A stretch of 64,000 bases of DNA from positions 1,696,001-1,760,000 of the forward strand of contig CAWDML010000001.1 of assembly GCA_963803435.1 (NCBI GenBank). Reading direction: 5' to 3'. The position numbers and the translations under genes are program-made. This stretch comes from an uncultured delta proteobacterium (GTDB lineage Bacteria; Myxococcota; Kuafuiibacteriia; Kuafuiibacteriales; Kuafuiibacteriaceae). This document shows positions 41,036 through 49,509 of the stretch, piece by piece. How positions within the stretch are numbered: position 1 is the stretch's first letter; every line of letters begins with the position of its first letter. The notes below the pieces were generated by a model. It did not search any database, was not told the origin of the DNA, and saw nothing but the letters and a program-made list of their open reading frames with translations.

Positions 41036-41971
41036 ATGTTCTCGCTGAGAGACCTCCTCCGCATCCCGGGCGCGCCCCGCCCCCGGACCGAGCGACGGCT
41101 CGAGCGCAAGCAACGGCGCACCCGCGAGCCCAGGCGAGAGCCGCCCAAGCGTCCGCTCCGCCGGAGCGTGCGCGCCTCGCTGCTGTTGGCGGCCATCGTG
41201 ACGACGAGCGCGGTGACGGTGAGCGCGTTCGAGCAGCGGGCCGAGGCCCAGCGTGCCCGGACCCGCCTCAAGCCCTCGGACCTGACGCTCAAGGGCTCGA
41301 TCGCCGCCCGTCCGCTGGTCCTGGTCGGCGCGCTGGCGCTGCTGTCGCTGCTGCCCTTCGTGATCATCATGGTCACCAGCTTCGTGAAGATCTCGGTGGT
41401 GCTGTCGATCGTTCGCTCTGCGCTCGGCACCCAGCAGATCCCGCCCACCCAGGTGATCACGGGTCTCGCGATCATCCTGACTGTGTACATCATGACCCCG
41501 GTGGGCCTGGAGGTTTACCGGGAGACGGACACGCTCATCCAGCAGCAGCGCCCGGGCGCCTCGCTGGTGTCCGCGGAGACCGTCGATCTGATCTTCGACG
41601 CCCTGGTCCTGGCCAAGGGTCCGATGAAGGCGTTCCTGCTCAAGAACAGCCATCAGAAGGATCAGTCGATGTTCTACACGATGGCGCGCCGGCTCCGTAA
41701 GCCGATCGATCGCGACGGCGTGGAGGCCCAGGACCTGATGGTCCTCATCCCCTCCTTCGTCGTCTCGGAGCTGAAGGAGGCCTTCCAGATCGGGTTCATC
41801 ATATTCGTGCCCTTCCTGGTGATCGATCTGGTGGTGTCGAACATCCTGATGGCCCTCGGCATGCAGATGCTCTCACCGACGACCATCTCGCTGCCGTTCA
41901 AGCTGCTGCTCTTCGTGATGATCGACGGCTGGTATCTGATCACAAAGGGCTTGATCACGGGGTACGTATGA
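41036..41971 (+). CDS. sctR: Export gate SctR/FliP
   Basis: MVTSFVKISVVLSIVRSALGTQQIPP, SELKEAFQIGF, GMQMLSPTTISLPFKLLLFVMIDGW. Confidence 0.95.
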   Translation: MFSLRDLLRIPGAPRPRTERRLERKQRRTREPRREPPKRPLRRSVRASLLLAAIVTTSAVTVSAFEQRAEAQRARTRLKPSDLTLKGSIAARPLVLVGALALLSLLPFVIIMVTSFVKISVVLSIVRSALGTQQIPPTQVITGLAIILTVYIMTPVGLEVYRETDTLIQQQRPGASLVSAETVDLIFDALVLAKGPMKAFLLKNSHQKDQSMFYTMARRLRKPIDRDGVEAQDLMVLIPSFVVSELKEAFQIGFIIFVPFLVIDLVVSNILMALGMQMLSPTTISLPFKLLLFVMIDGWYLITKGLITGYV

Positions 41972-42243
41972 CACCGCAGGACTTCATCGTTCAGGTGGCG
42001 AACGAGGGCATCTGGCTGGTGCTCGTGATCTCGGGGCCGCCCGTGCTCTTCTCGCTGATGGTCGGCTTGATCATCGCCCTCTTCCAGGCGGTCACCCAGG
42101 TCCAGGAGCAGTCGCTCACCTTCGTGCCCAAGGTGATCGTGGTCTTCGGGACGCTCGCGGTGCTCGGCCCCTGGCTCGCCGGCGCGCTCGGTCAGTTCGG
42201 CAAGATGTGCTTCGAGGGCTTCGCGCTGGTCATCGGGAACTGA
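41968..42243 (+). CDS. sctS: Export gate SctS/FliQ
   Basis: VGLIIALFQAVTQVQEQSLTFVPK. Confidence 0.95.
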   Translation: MTPQDFIVQVANEGIWLVLVISGPPVLFSLMVGLIIALFQAVTQVQEQSLTFVPKVIVVFGTLAVLGPWLAGALGQFGKMCFEGFALVIGN

Positions 42244-42725
42244 TGAAGGGAGCGGCCGCCATCGCGATCCTGATCGCGCTCGCCGGCCCGAGCGGGCCCG
42301 CCGAGGCGGCCCGCGATCCCGTCAAGGATCACCCCTTCTACATCGCGGCGGTGACGGTGGGGACGTTCGGGGGCGTCGGCAACAGCGTGGCGGCGCTGGT
42401 CTACGCGATCCAGGGCCGCAGCTTCCACCCGGCCTGGATCGGCTCGACGCTGGTGTCCTCCGCGATCTGCGCCACCATGGCCGGCTCGCTGATCGTGGAG
42501 GCGATCGACGACCCCGGCCCGTTCACGATCCCGGGCATCATCGGCTACCTCATCATCTCGCTCTGGCCGACCGCCTGGCTCCTTCGCAGCGCGCTCTCGG
42601 AGGTGCCGCTCGGCGCCCGCTTCGACTCCGAGGTCGCGCCCGCCGAGACCGAAGATCCCGTCGATGCGCTCCGCCCTCCGCCGGCGGAGCTCCCGGCCAC
42701 CACCGTCTTCTCGCTGGTGTTCTGA
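42243..42725 (+). CDS. Hypothetical membrane protein
   Basis: TGATG-coupled to sctS; signal peptide plus about 3 TM helices. Confidence 0.6.
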   Translation: MKGAAAIAILIALAGPSGPAEAARDPVKDHPFYIAAVTVGTFGGVGNSVAALVYAIQGRSFHPAWIGSTLVSSAICATMAGSLIVEAIDDPGPFTIPGIIGYLIISLWPTAWLLRSALSEVPLGARFDSEVAPAETEDPVDALRPPPAELPATTVFSLVF

Positions 42726-42728
42726 GTC

Positions 42729-43547
42729 ATGGAGGAGATCTTTCGCCAGTTCAACGGAGGCCGCGAGATCTCGCAGGCGATGTTGATCGGAACGCTGGTG
42801 GTCATGCGCTGCCTGCCGATCATCCTCCAGACGCCCTTCCTCGGCGGCAAGCTGGTGCCGGCCGAGACCCGCATGGGCCTCTCCGTCGGCCTCACCATCC
42901 TGGTCTATCCGTACGCGAGGGACAGCCTCACGACCGGGCTCGAGGTCAACGCCGCCTTCTACCTCGCCATGATGTTCAAGGAGCTGTTCATCGGCTTCGT
43001 GATCGGCTTCGTCGCCACCGAGCTGTTCTACGCCATGGAGATCGCGGGCCGCGGCCTCGACACGCTCCGGGGCTCCAACATGGCGGAGGTGCAGGTCCCA
43101 GAGATCCAGTTCCGCGCCTCGCCGGTCGGCCAGTTCAACTTCCAGCTCCTCCTCGTCGTCTTCTGCGCGCTGAACGGCCACGGGCACTTCATCGAGAGCA
43201 TCGCCAGGAGCTTCGAGGTCGTCTCCCTCGACCACTTCCCCGCCATGGAGCTGATCGGCTGGGACGGGTTCGTCGACCAGATCCTCCGCTACACCGCCAG
43301 CCTCTTCGGCATCGCCTTCGCGCTGGTGTTCCCAGGCATGTTCGCCTCATTCCTCGTGGACGTGGTCTTCGGCATGTTCAACCGCATCGCCCCTCAGCTG
43401 AACGCCTACTTCATGGCGATGGGCGTCAAGGCGATGTCCGGCCTGGCGATGTTCATGTTCGCGATGGTCCTGATGGTCGGCCAGCTCGCCCACCAACTCG
43501 AGCAATCGCTGCTGTTCCTGCGCAAGCTGATCGACTTCCTCGGTTGA
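42729..43547 (+). CDS. sctT: Export gate SctT/FliR
   Basis: PFLGGKLVP, KELFIGFVIG, EIAGRGLDTLRG, NRIAPQLNAY. Confidence 0.92.
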   Translation: MEEIFRQFNGGREISQAMLIGTLVVMRCLPIILQTPFLGGKLVPAETRMGLSVGLTILVYPYARDSLTTGLEVNAAFYLAMMFKELFIGFVIGFVATELFYAMEIAGRGLDTLRGSNMAEVQVPEIQFRASPVGQFNFQLLLVVFCALNGHGHFIESIARSFEVVSLDHFPAMELIGWDGFVDQILRYTASLFGIAFALVFPGMFASFLVDVVFGMFNRIAPQLNAYFMAMGVKAMSGLAMFMFAMVLMVGQLAHQLEQSLLFLRKLIDFLG

Positions 43548-44525
43548 TCAGTCGACGTCCTCGATCGTCCCGCGGATCGCGCGCTTCGCCATGTCCGGAT
43601 CGACCTCTCTGATCAAGAGACCGCCGTCATCCGTCGGGTGCAGCCAGAACAGGCTCCCCGGGACGTGGATCAGCGTGGCGTCGCGGACGACCCAGTCCTG
43701 CTCTCGGAAGTCGATCCGCGTGAGGATGTGCCGCGTGCCCAGGGCCAGCCCCAACGCGAGCTCCTCGAGAGAGTCGCGGAGCTGGTAGGTCTCTCCGATC
43801 TTGCAGATCGCGCCCTTGTCGGAGAGACCGTGCAGCGCGACCCGCCACTCGTCCTCACAGGGGACGGGCAGCATGCGCACCGCATCGGGTCCCGGCGCGA
43901 AGCGGTTCTTCCTCCCCGGCATCACGATGGCCCCGCCGAGGGTGGCGTCGCCGAAGCTCTTCGGCCGGGCGCTGTCGAGGCGGACGTTGGTGCTGCCCTC
44001 GGAACGGCGGCGCGCCAACTCGCTCGCGGCTGCAGAGAACGCGACGTACTCGAGCGCGGTCAGCCGCAGATCGATGAGGTCGCCGTTCGAGCGTCGCGGC
44101 GAGAAATGCGAGTGCACGTCGTCGAAGACGTCGACCAGCTCGAGCGGTGGTCCGAGCCGATGATGCTGTCCCGAGCGGACATATTGAACGTACGCGCCGG
44201 CCCGGCCGTACACGTCGATCAATCGCTCGCCGCAGCCCGGGGCCGCCGCGAGGAGGATGATGCGGGCGTCGGGCTCTGACACCACCAGCAGCCGCCGGAG
44301 AAGCTCGCGCTGCGGACGGTACGTCCTGGGATCGGCGAGCCCCTTCTCGACCAGCGACCGCGCGCTCCGGCGCTGCGCCTCGGGCGCGTGGCGATCGACC
44401 AGCGCGTCGCGGACCGCTGCGAAGGGCGAGTCGCGGTCGAGCACGAGATCGCAGGTGAAGCGGAGCAACGCGATCTCCTCGGTGGAGAGCTCGATCGTGT
44501 CCGCAGCGGAGAGCGCCAAAATCAT
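43548..44525 (-). CDS. Hypothetical protein (possible EspG-like fold)
   Basis: Fills the sctT-sctU gap on the opposite strand; ELSTEEIALL...ARSLVEKGLAD...LLVVSEPD. Confidence 0.65.
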   Translation of the reverse strand: MILALSAADTIELSTEEIALLRFTCDLVLDRDSPFAAVRDALVDRHAPEAQRRSARSLVEKGLADPRTYRPQRELLRRLLVVSEPDARIILLAAAPGCGERLIDVYGRAGAYVQYVRSGQHHRLGPPLELVDVFDDVHSHFSPRRSNGDLIDLRLTALEYVAFSAAASELARRRSEGSTNVRLDSARPKSFGDATLGGAIVMPGRKNRFAPGPDAVRMLPVPCEDEWRVALHGLSDKGAICKIGETYQLRDSLEELALGLALGTRHILTRIDFREQDWVVRDATLIHVPGSLFWLHPTDDGGLLIREVDPDMAKRAIRGTIEDVD

Positions 44526-44626
44526 GGCCGCGGGGCCGCGGTTAGCACGTCTGTGACAGCATTGTGAATCGGAGGTGGTGACGCACATTCACCTACTCGA
44601 CCGTCAGTGATAGCTTCGGAGGCTCG

Positions 44627-45832
44627 GTGGCAGGCGAGACCGGCGAAAAAACCGAAGAAGCCACACCGGAAAAGCTCCGGAAGGCCAAGGAGGAGGGTCA
44701 GGTTCCGAAGAGCCAGGACTTCGTCCACGCCATCGGCTTCGCGGGCGGCTTCCTCACGCTGGTGGGGCTCCTGAACTACGTCTTCCGCGAGCTCAAGGAC
44801 TTCGCGCTCGCCTGCATCGACGCGGCGATGCACAAGGCCAGCCCCTCCACCATCTCGGACCTGATGCTGCACGAGGGCGTGCCGATGGTCCTCAAGGTCT
44901 CGCTGCCGATCTCGGCGATGGTCTTCGTGATCGGGATCTTCACGAACGTCGTTCAGACCGGCTTCTTCATGGCGTTCAAGGTCCTCGTCCCCAAGATCGA
45001 CAAGATCAATCCGATCAACGGCTTGAAGGGTCTGTTCAAGGTCAAGAAGTTCATCGAGCTGATCAAGAACATCCTCAAGATGGGGATCGCCGCCTGGATC
45101 GCCTGGTCTGTGATGGAGAGCGCCCTCAGGGACATGACGCTGGTCGTCACTCTTCCGCTGCCGAAGGCGGTCGACTTCGGCGGGAGCCTGGTCTGGGACT
45201 ACCTGATCAAGACGACCGTTTTGTTTATAATCATCGGCGTCGCCGACCTCATCATCTCCCGGAAGACGTTCCACAAGGAGCAGATGATGTCGAAGTACGA
45301 CGTCAAGCAGGAGTACAAGCAGAGCGAAGGTGACCCGCACATGAAAGGCCAGCGCAAGCAGCTCGCCCACGAGCTGCTGTTCGGCGGCGGGATGGAAAAC
45401 GTCAAGAATGCGGATGCAGTCGTGGTGAATCCAGAGCACATCGCGGTCGCGATCAAGTACGACCAGGAGCACGACAAGGCGCCGAAGATCGTGGCCAAGG
45501 GCATGCGGGTGCACGCCGAGCGGATCAAGGAGCTCGCGAAGCACTACGGCATCCCGATCCTCCGCAACGTCCCGCTCGCCCAGGCGCTCAACAAGCTCGA
45601 GATCGACGAGGAGATCCCGGAGGACCTCTACGAGGCCGTCGCCGAGGTGCTGTCCTTCGTCTACAAGATCCGCGAGGAGCAGGAAGCGCGGCAGCAGGCG
45701 CAGAAGGCGACGCGCGAGGACGCCCAGCGCACCCGGCTCGGCCGTCATGCCAGCCCGCCGGGTACGGCGCCCGAAGGCGAGGCTGGCCAGGCGGGGTCCG
45801 CCGAGGGCAATCTATTGAAACGAGGCCGGTAG
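44627..45832 (+). CDS. sctU: Substrate-specificity switch SctU/FlhB
   Basis: EKTEEATPEKLRKAKEEGQV, KQEYKQSEGDP, NPEH autocleavage motif, IPEDLYEAVAEVL. Confidence 0.95.
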   Translation: MAGETGEKTEEATPEKLRKAKEEGQVPKSQDFVHAIGFAGGFLTLVGLLNYVFRELKDFALACIDAAMHKASPSTISDLMLHEGVPMVLKVSLPISAMVFVIGIFTNVVQTGFFMAFKVLVPKIDKINPINGLKGLFKVKKFIELIKNILKMGIAAWIAWSVMESALRDMTLVVTLPLPKAVDFGGSLVWDYLIKTTVLFIIIGVADLIISRKTFHKEQMMSKYDVKQEYKQSEGDPHMKGQRKQLAHELLFGGGMENVKNADAVVVNPEHIAVAIKYDQEHDKAPKIVAKGMRVHAERIKELAKHYGIPILRNVPLAQALNKLEIDEEIPEDLYEAVAEVLSFVYKIREEQEARQQAQKATREDAQRTRLGRHASPPGTAPEGEAGQAGSAEGNLLKRGR

Positions 45833-45836
45833 CAGC

Positions 45837-46292
45837 ATGCCGAACATCAACAACAAGTGGCCATGGCCGAACAACATCGGCGTCCTCGGTACCTATCCCG
45901 AGGAGATCAAGGCGCTCCAGAAGCTCGAGCGCAACCCAGAGGCCTCTCCCCTCCCCGAAGCCGAACCGACCCACTTCCTCGATCCCCGCACCTCGAGCGA
46001 GCACCTGCGCGTCGGCACGCCCCAGTCGCCGCGCGGCGAGGTCGACGTCCCCGGAAACTTCATCCCGCTGCACGTGGTGCTGCGCCGCCTGTTGATGCGG
46101 CGCAAGCGGGTCGGCTGGGGCCTCTTCGAGGAGGCGGTCGAGGACGAGGATCTCGGCGAGCTGCCCTCGAGCCGACGCGAGCAGATGCGCGCGATGCTCC
46201 GCCGCGAGCGCGCCATGCTCGACATGCTCTCCGAGTACAACGCGCTGGCCGAGGACGTGTACGCGCGGCTGCTGTCCGAGTCGAAGGGCTGA
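45837..46292 (+). CDS. Hypothetical T3SS-associated protein (SctX-like candidate)
   Basis: Between sctU and a TPR gene; amphipathic C-terminal helix ending ARLLSESKG. Confidence 0.6.
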   Translation: MPNINNKWPWPNNIGVLGTYPEEIKALQKLERNPEASPLPEAEPTHFLDPRTSSEHLRVGTPQSPRGEVDVPGNFIPLHVVLRRLLMRRKRVGWGLFEEAVEDEDLGELPSSRREQMRAMLRRERAMLDMLSEYNALAEDVYARLLSESKG

Positions 46293-46294
46293 TC

Positions 46295-46801
46295 GTGGCG
46301 AAGAATCCCCTGGAGGTCGCGCTCGTCCGGCCGGATCCCGAGAAGGAGCTCGAGCGCGCGCCCGGCGCCGCGGTCCAGCGGTGGGCGAACGGCGCGGCGA
46401 CCCTCATGCAGCTCAAGGGCTACACGGAGGACGAGCTCTACGGGATCGCCCAGCAGGGCTACACGCTGTTTCTCAACGGCAAGATCAAGGACGCCCAGAT
46501 CATCTTCGAGGGCCTGGTCGCGGTCGATCCGCGGAACGACTACTATTATCGTGCGCTGGGCGTGGTGTACCACCGCATGGGCGACGCCGAGCGTGCGATC
46601 CGGCAGTTCACCCACGCCGTCACCGTCGCGCCCAAAGAGGCGACGGCGTACGTGAACCGCGCCGAGGTCCACATCGCGCGGCGCGACTACGAGAAGGCGC
46701 TGACCGATCTGGACTACGCGATCCGGGTGGCGACCGATCTCTCGACCCCGATCGCCCGCAAGGCGCTGGCCCTCCGATCGCTGATCCGGCGGCAGCGCTA
46801 G
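46295..46801 (+). CDS. TPR chaperone (SycD/LcrH/SctY-like)
   Basis: LYGIAQQGYTLFLNGKIKDAQIIFEGLVAVDP plus two more TPRs. Confidence 0.8.
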   Translation: MAKNPLEVALVRPDPEKELERAPGAAVQRWANGAATLMQLKGYTEDELYGIAQQGYTLFLNGKIKDAQIIFEGLVAVDPRNDYYYRALGVVYHRMGDAERAIRQFTHAVTVAPKEATAYVNRAEVHIARRDYEKALTDLDYAIRVATDLSTPIARKALALRSLIRRQR

Positions 46802-47119
46802 GAGACTTGCTCCAAGAGAAGCGTGACAAGATGGACGACTTTTGGTGCTTCGGCGACCGCCGACAGCAAGATCAGGCCGCAAGCCGAGCGTCCATTTCGC
46901 CCGGCAGCCCACCTGGCTAGCCCTGTGAACTCTCAACCGTTGACTGTCGACTGGGGCCGTCTCTGTGAGCTTTCAGGTTTACCTGGTTAGGATGTAGGTT
47001 TATGTCTGCCGCTGTATGTGACAAGTCTCCGAAAACTCACAGGAATCGCCGCAGAGCACCGCCGATCTGCGAAGGATTACGCGCGCTTAGACGAGGACGC
47101 CAAAAGCCGAGAATCCCGA

Positions 47120-47147
47120 GCAACTTCGGTGGGTTGGTGCCCGATAA
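47120..47147 (+). promoter_or_regulatory. Putative sigma28/FliA-type promoter
   Basis: GCAAC-N15-CCCGATAA, matching 34670-34697. Confidence 0.55.
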
Positions 47148-47261
47148 GAGCGTTGCTCTGTGAATGGTAGTGGTGGGGCGTGAGCGGAAACGCAGGCAGC
47201 GACCGCGAACGCGGGTATGAATCGATTCGCAGCTCGAAGCGCTGAAAGGACCTGAATCAAT

Positions 47262-48476
47262 ATGTACGGAGTCAACTCGTTCGGAACCGCGGTCAACGAT
47301 TTCCTCGGTTTCTTCAACATCAGAGGAGCCGGCATCGGGGTCGCGATCGATTCGCTGACCGGCAACAGCACGGGCGTCCTCGCCAACCTTTACGACCAGT
47401 ATCTCGAGACCGCGCTCGGCCGCGGCACCGGTCCCATCGAGCGGATGATGGGCACCATGGGCGCAGGAATGATCCCGCCCTTCCTCGGCATGCCTTCTCC
47501 GATGGCTGCCTATCCGGGCCTCATGCCGTTTTGCGGCTGCGGCTATGCCGGAATGCAGCGGGTCGACCTGGCTGCCGGCTCTTCCAACATTCCGATCCTG
47601 AGCTCCCTCTTGAGCCCCCGCCGCCGCATGGCAGGACGGTTCGAGCGGCTGCTTCGATCCAACCCCTATGCGCGGGCCCAGTTCGAGTCCTCGATCGGCG
47701 GGCGGATCGTGAACTTCGGACCGCGGAACAACGGCGTGTTCACGATTCAGCGCTTCGCTCCGGGCTTCAACCCGGGCATGGCGATGGCGATGAATCCGAT
47801 GGCCGGCACCGCCATGGGCGGGCTCTACGGGATGGAGCAGGCGATGATGGGGCAGGCCGGCCGGATGGGGATGCTCGGGATGGGCATGCCGTACTTCGGC
47901 GGCGGCAGCATGTTCGGCAACCCGTTCATGGGCTTCACCATGGCCGGGATGATGAACGTGGCAGGCATGCAGGCGCCGGCCGGCGCGGGCTGGGGCCCGT
48001 TCGACAACAGCGGCGCGATGGGCGGCCGCGGCTTTGGCTCGTGGAATCCGCTGGCGATGCCGGGCCGGATCAACAACACGAACCCGAGCTACGAGATGGC
48101 GCACCAGGCCGAGACCGCGAGCCTCCTCGCCGATCCGTCCCTGACCGTCGAGGACAAGGTCACTCTTCTGATCATGCTGATCATGAAGAAGATGGATAAG
48201 GACATCGAGCGGCAGGCCCAGTACATCAACTCGATCCAGCAGCAGCAGTCGTCCCGCGAGCCGGGCGGCGGCGCGGGTCAGGCCGGGTTCAACGCCGGTG
48301 GCCCGTTCGGCGGCGTGCAGGGCGAGCAGGGCGGCAACTCGCCGTCGATCGACGTCGAGACGATGAAGCTGAAGCGCCTGATCGACAAGCGCTCGCAGAT
48401 GTTCGACATGCTGCGTCAGATCATCGACAAGTACAACCAGACGGCGAAGGGCATCATCGACTCCATCGGCCGCTGA
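47262..48476 (+). CDS. Gly/Met-rich protein with C-terminal helical hairpin (candidate T3SS filament or tip subunit)
   Basis: RBS AAAGGA; lies between two TPR chaperones; paralog of 15277..16392. Confidence 0.82.
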   Translation: MYGVNSFGTAVNDFLGFFNIRGAGIGVAIDSLTGNSTGVLANLYDQYLETALGRGTGPIERMMGTMGAGMIPPFLGMPSPMAAYPGLMPFCGCGYAGMQRVDLAAGSSNIPILSSLLSPRRRMAGRFERLLRSNPYARAQFESSIGGRIVNFGPRNNGVFTIQRFAPGFNPGMAMAMNPMAGTAMGGLYGMEQAMMGQAGRMGMLGMGMPYFGGGSMFGNPFMGFTMAGMMNVAGMQAPAGAGWGPFDNSGAMGGRGFGSWNPLAMPGRINNTNPSYEMAHQAETASLLADPSLTVEDKVTLLIMLIMKKMDKDIERQAQYINSIQQQQSSREPGGGAGQAGFNAGGPFGGVQGEQGGNSPSIDVETMKLKRLIDKRSQMFDMLRQIIDKYNQTAKGIIDSIGR

Positions 48477-48488
48477 TCCTCTCCGACC

Positions 48489-48543
48489 TGGGGCCCGGCC
48501 GCCGGCGGCACCGCTCGGTGGGCTGCGCGGCTGGGCACCCCCC
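48489..48543 (+). terminator. GC-rich stem-loop after the filament-like gene (terminator or RNA stabiliser)
   Basis: GGGGCCCGGCCGC pairs imperfectly with GCGGCTGGGCACCCC around an inner CACCG-CT-CGGTG hairpin; no U-tract on the + strand. Confidence 0.3.
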
Positions 48544-48619
48544 GTCTCCTCAAAAACCTACGCACTATCGGGAAGTTTTGCGATTTTTCCCAGGAATGTT
48601 ATAGCCCCCAACCGAAGCG

Positions 48620-49396
48620 ATGGCGAAGGACAACGACAAGCCGAAGGGTGCCAAGGGCCCTCCGAAGCCCGGTGGGGGATCCAAGCCGAGCAAGCTCGAG
48701 GAGCTCATCGCGGCGGGGAAGAAGCCCGAGGATCTGTCCGAGGCCGAGAAGCGGCAGGTTCTCGACGAGGTCGACAAAGAGATCGAGAACATGACCGCCG
48801 ACGACGTCATCAAGGCCGTCGAGCGCGGAGAGATCGAGATCGAGTACGTCGATCCTCCGAACCCCATCGACAACTTCACGGAGGAGAACTTCAAGAAGTT
48901 CCTCTTCGGCAAGATCACGTGGGCTCAGCTCGAAGGCATGACGATGGAGCAGGCCTACGCCATCGCCGAGTTCGGCTACACCATGTATCAGCAGGGCCGA
49001 TACAAGGACGCACGCACGCTCTTCGAAGGCCTCGTCATTGGCAACCCGTACGATCCGTACTTCCACGCGATGCTCGGCGCCATCTACACCAAGCTCGACA
49101 TGCACGAGGAGGCCGCGCAGGAGTTCTCGATCGCGATCGAGCTCGATCCGGAAGACATCAACTCCTACGTGAACCGTGGCGAGCTGCTCCTCCAGCACGG
49201 CGAGTTCGAGTACGCGATGGAGGATCTGAAGGCGGCGATCGATCTCGACCCCGAGGGCAAGAACCCGGCGTCGCTCCGCGCGCGCGCGCTGGCCGCAGCG
49301 ACCGCCGCCGCGATCAAGGAGCTGATCGAGCGCAAGGAAGCCGAAGGCGCCGAGCCTGCGAAACCGCCGCCCGCGCAACCGCCGAAGAAGGGCTGA
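48620..49396 (+). CDS. SycD/LcrH-type TPR chaperone with N-terminal extension
   Basis: TWAQLEGMTMEQAYAIAEFGYTMYQQGRYKDARTLFEGLV, three TPRs. Confidence 0.82.
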   Translation: MAKDNDKPKGAKGPPKPGGGSKPSKLEELIAAGKKPEDLSEAEKRQVLDEVDKEIENMTADDVIKAVERGEIEIEYVDPPNPIDNFTEENFKKFLFGKITWAQLEGMTMEQAYAIAEFGYTMYQQGRYKDARTLFEGLVIGNPYDPYFHAMLGAIYTKLDMHEEAAQEFSIAIELDPEDINSYVNRGELLLQHGEFEYAMEDLKAAIDLDPEGKNPASLRARALAAATAAAIKELIERKEAEGAEPAKPPPAQPPKKG

Positions 49397-49509
49397 CCGC
49401 CGACCTGTGACCTCGATCCCGCAGCTTCGCGGGTCGCCCACCTACATCCGGCGCTCTTGGAGGGGCTCGCGTGCGCGCGGGGCCGAAGCTGCTACAATGG
49501 CCGCTGGCC

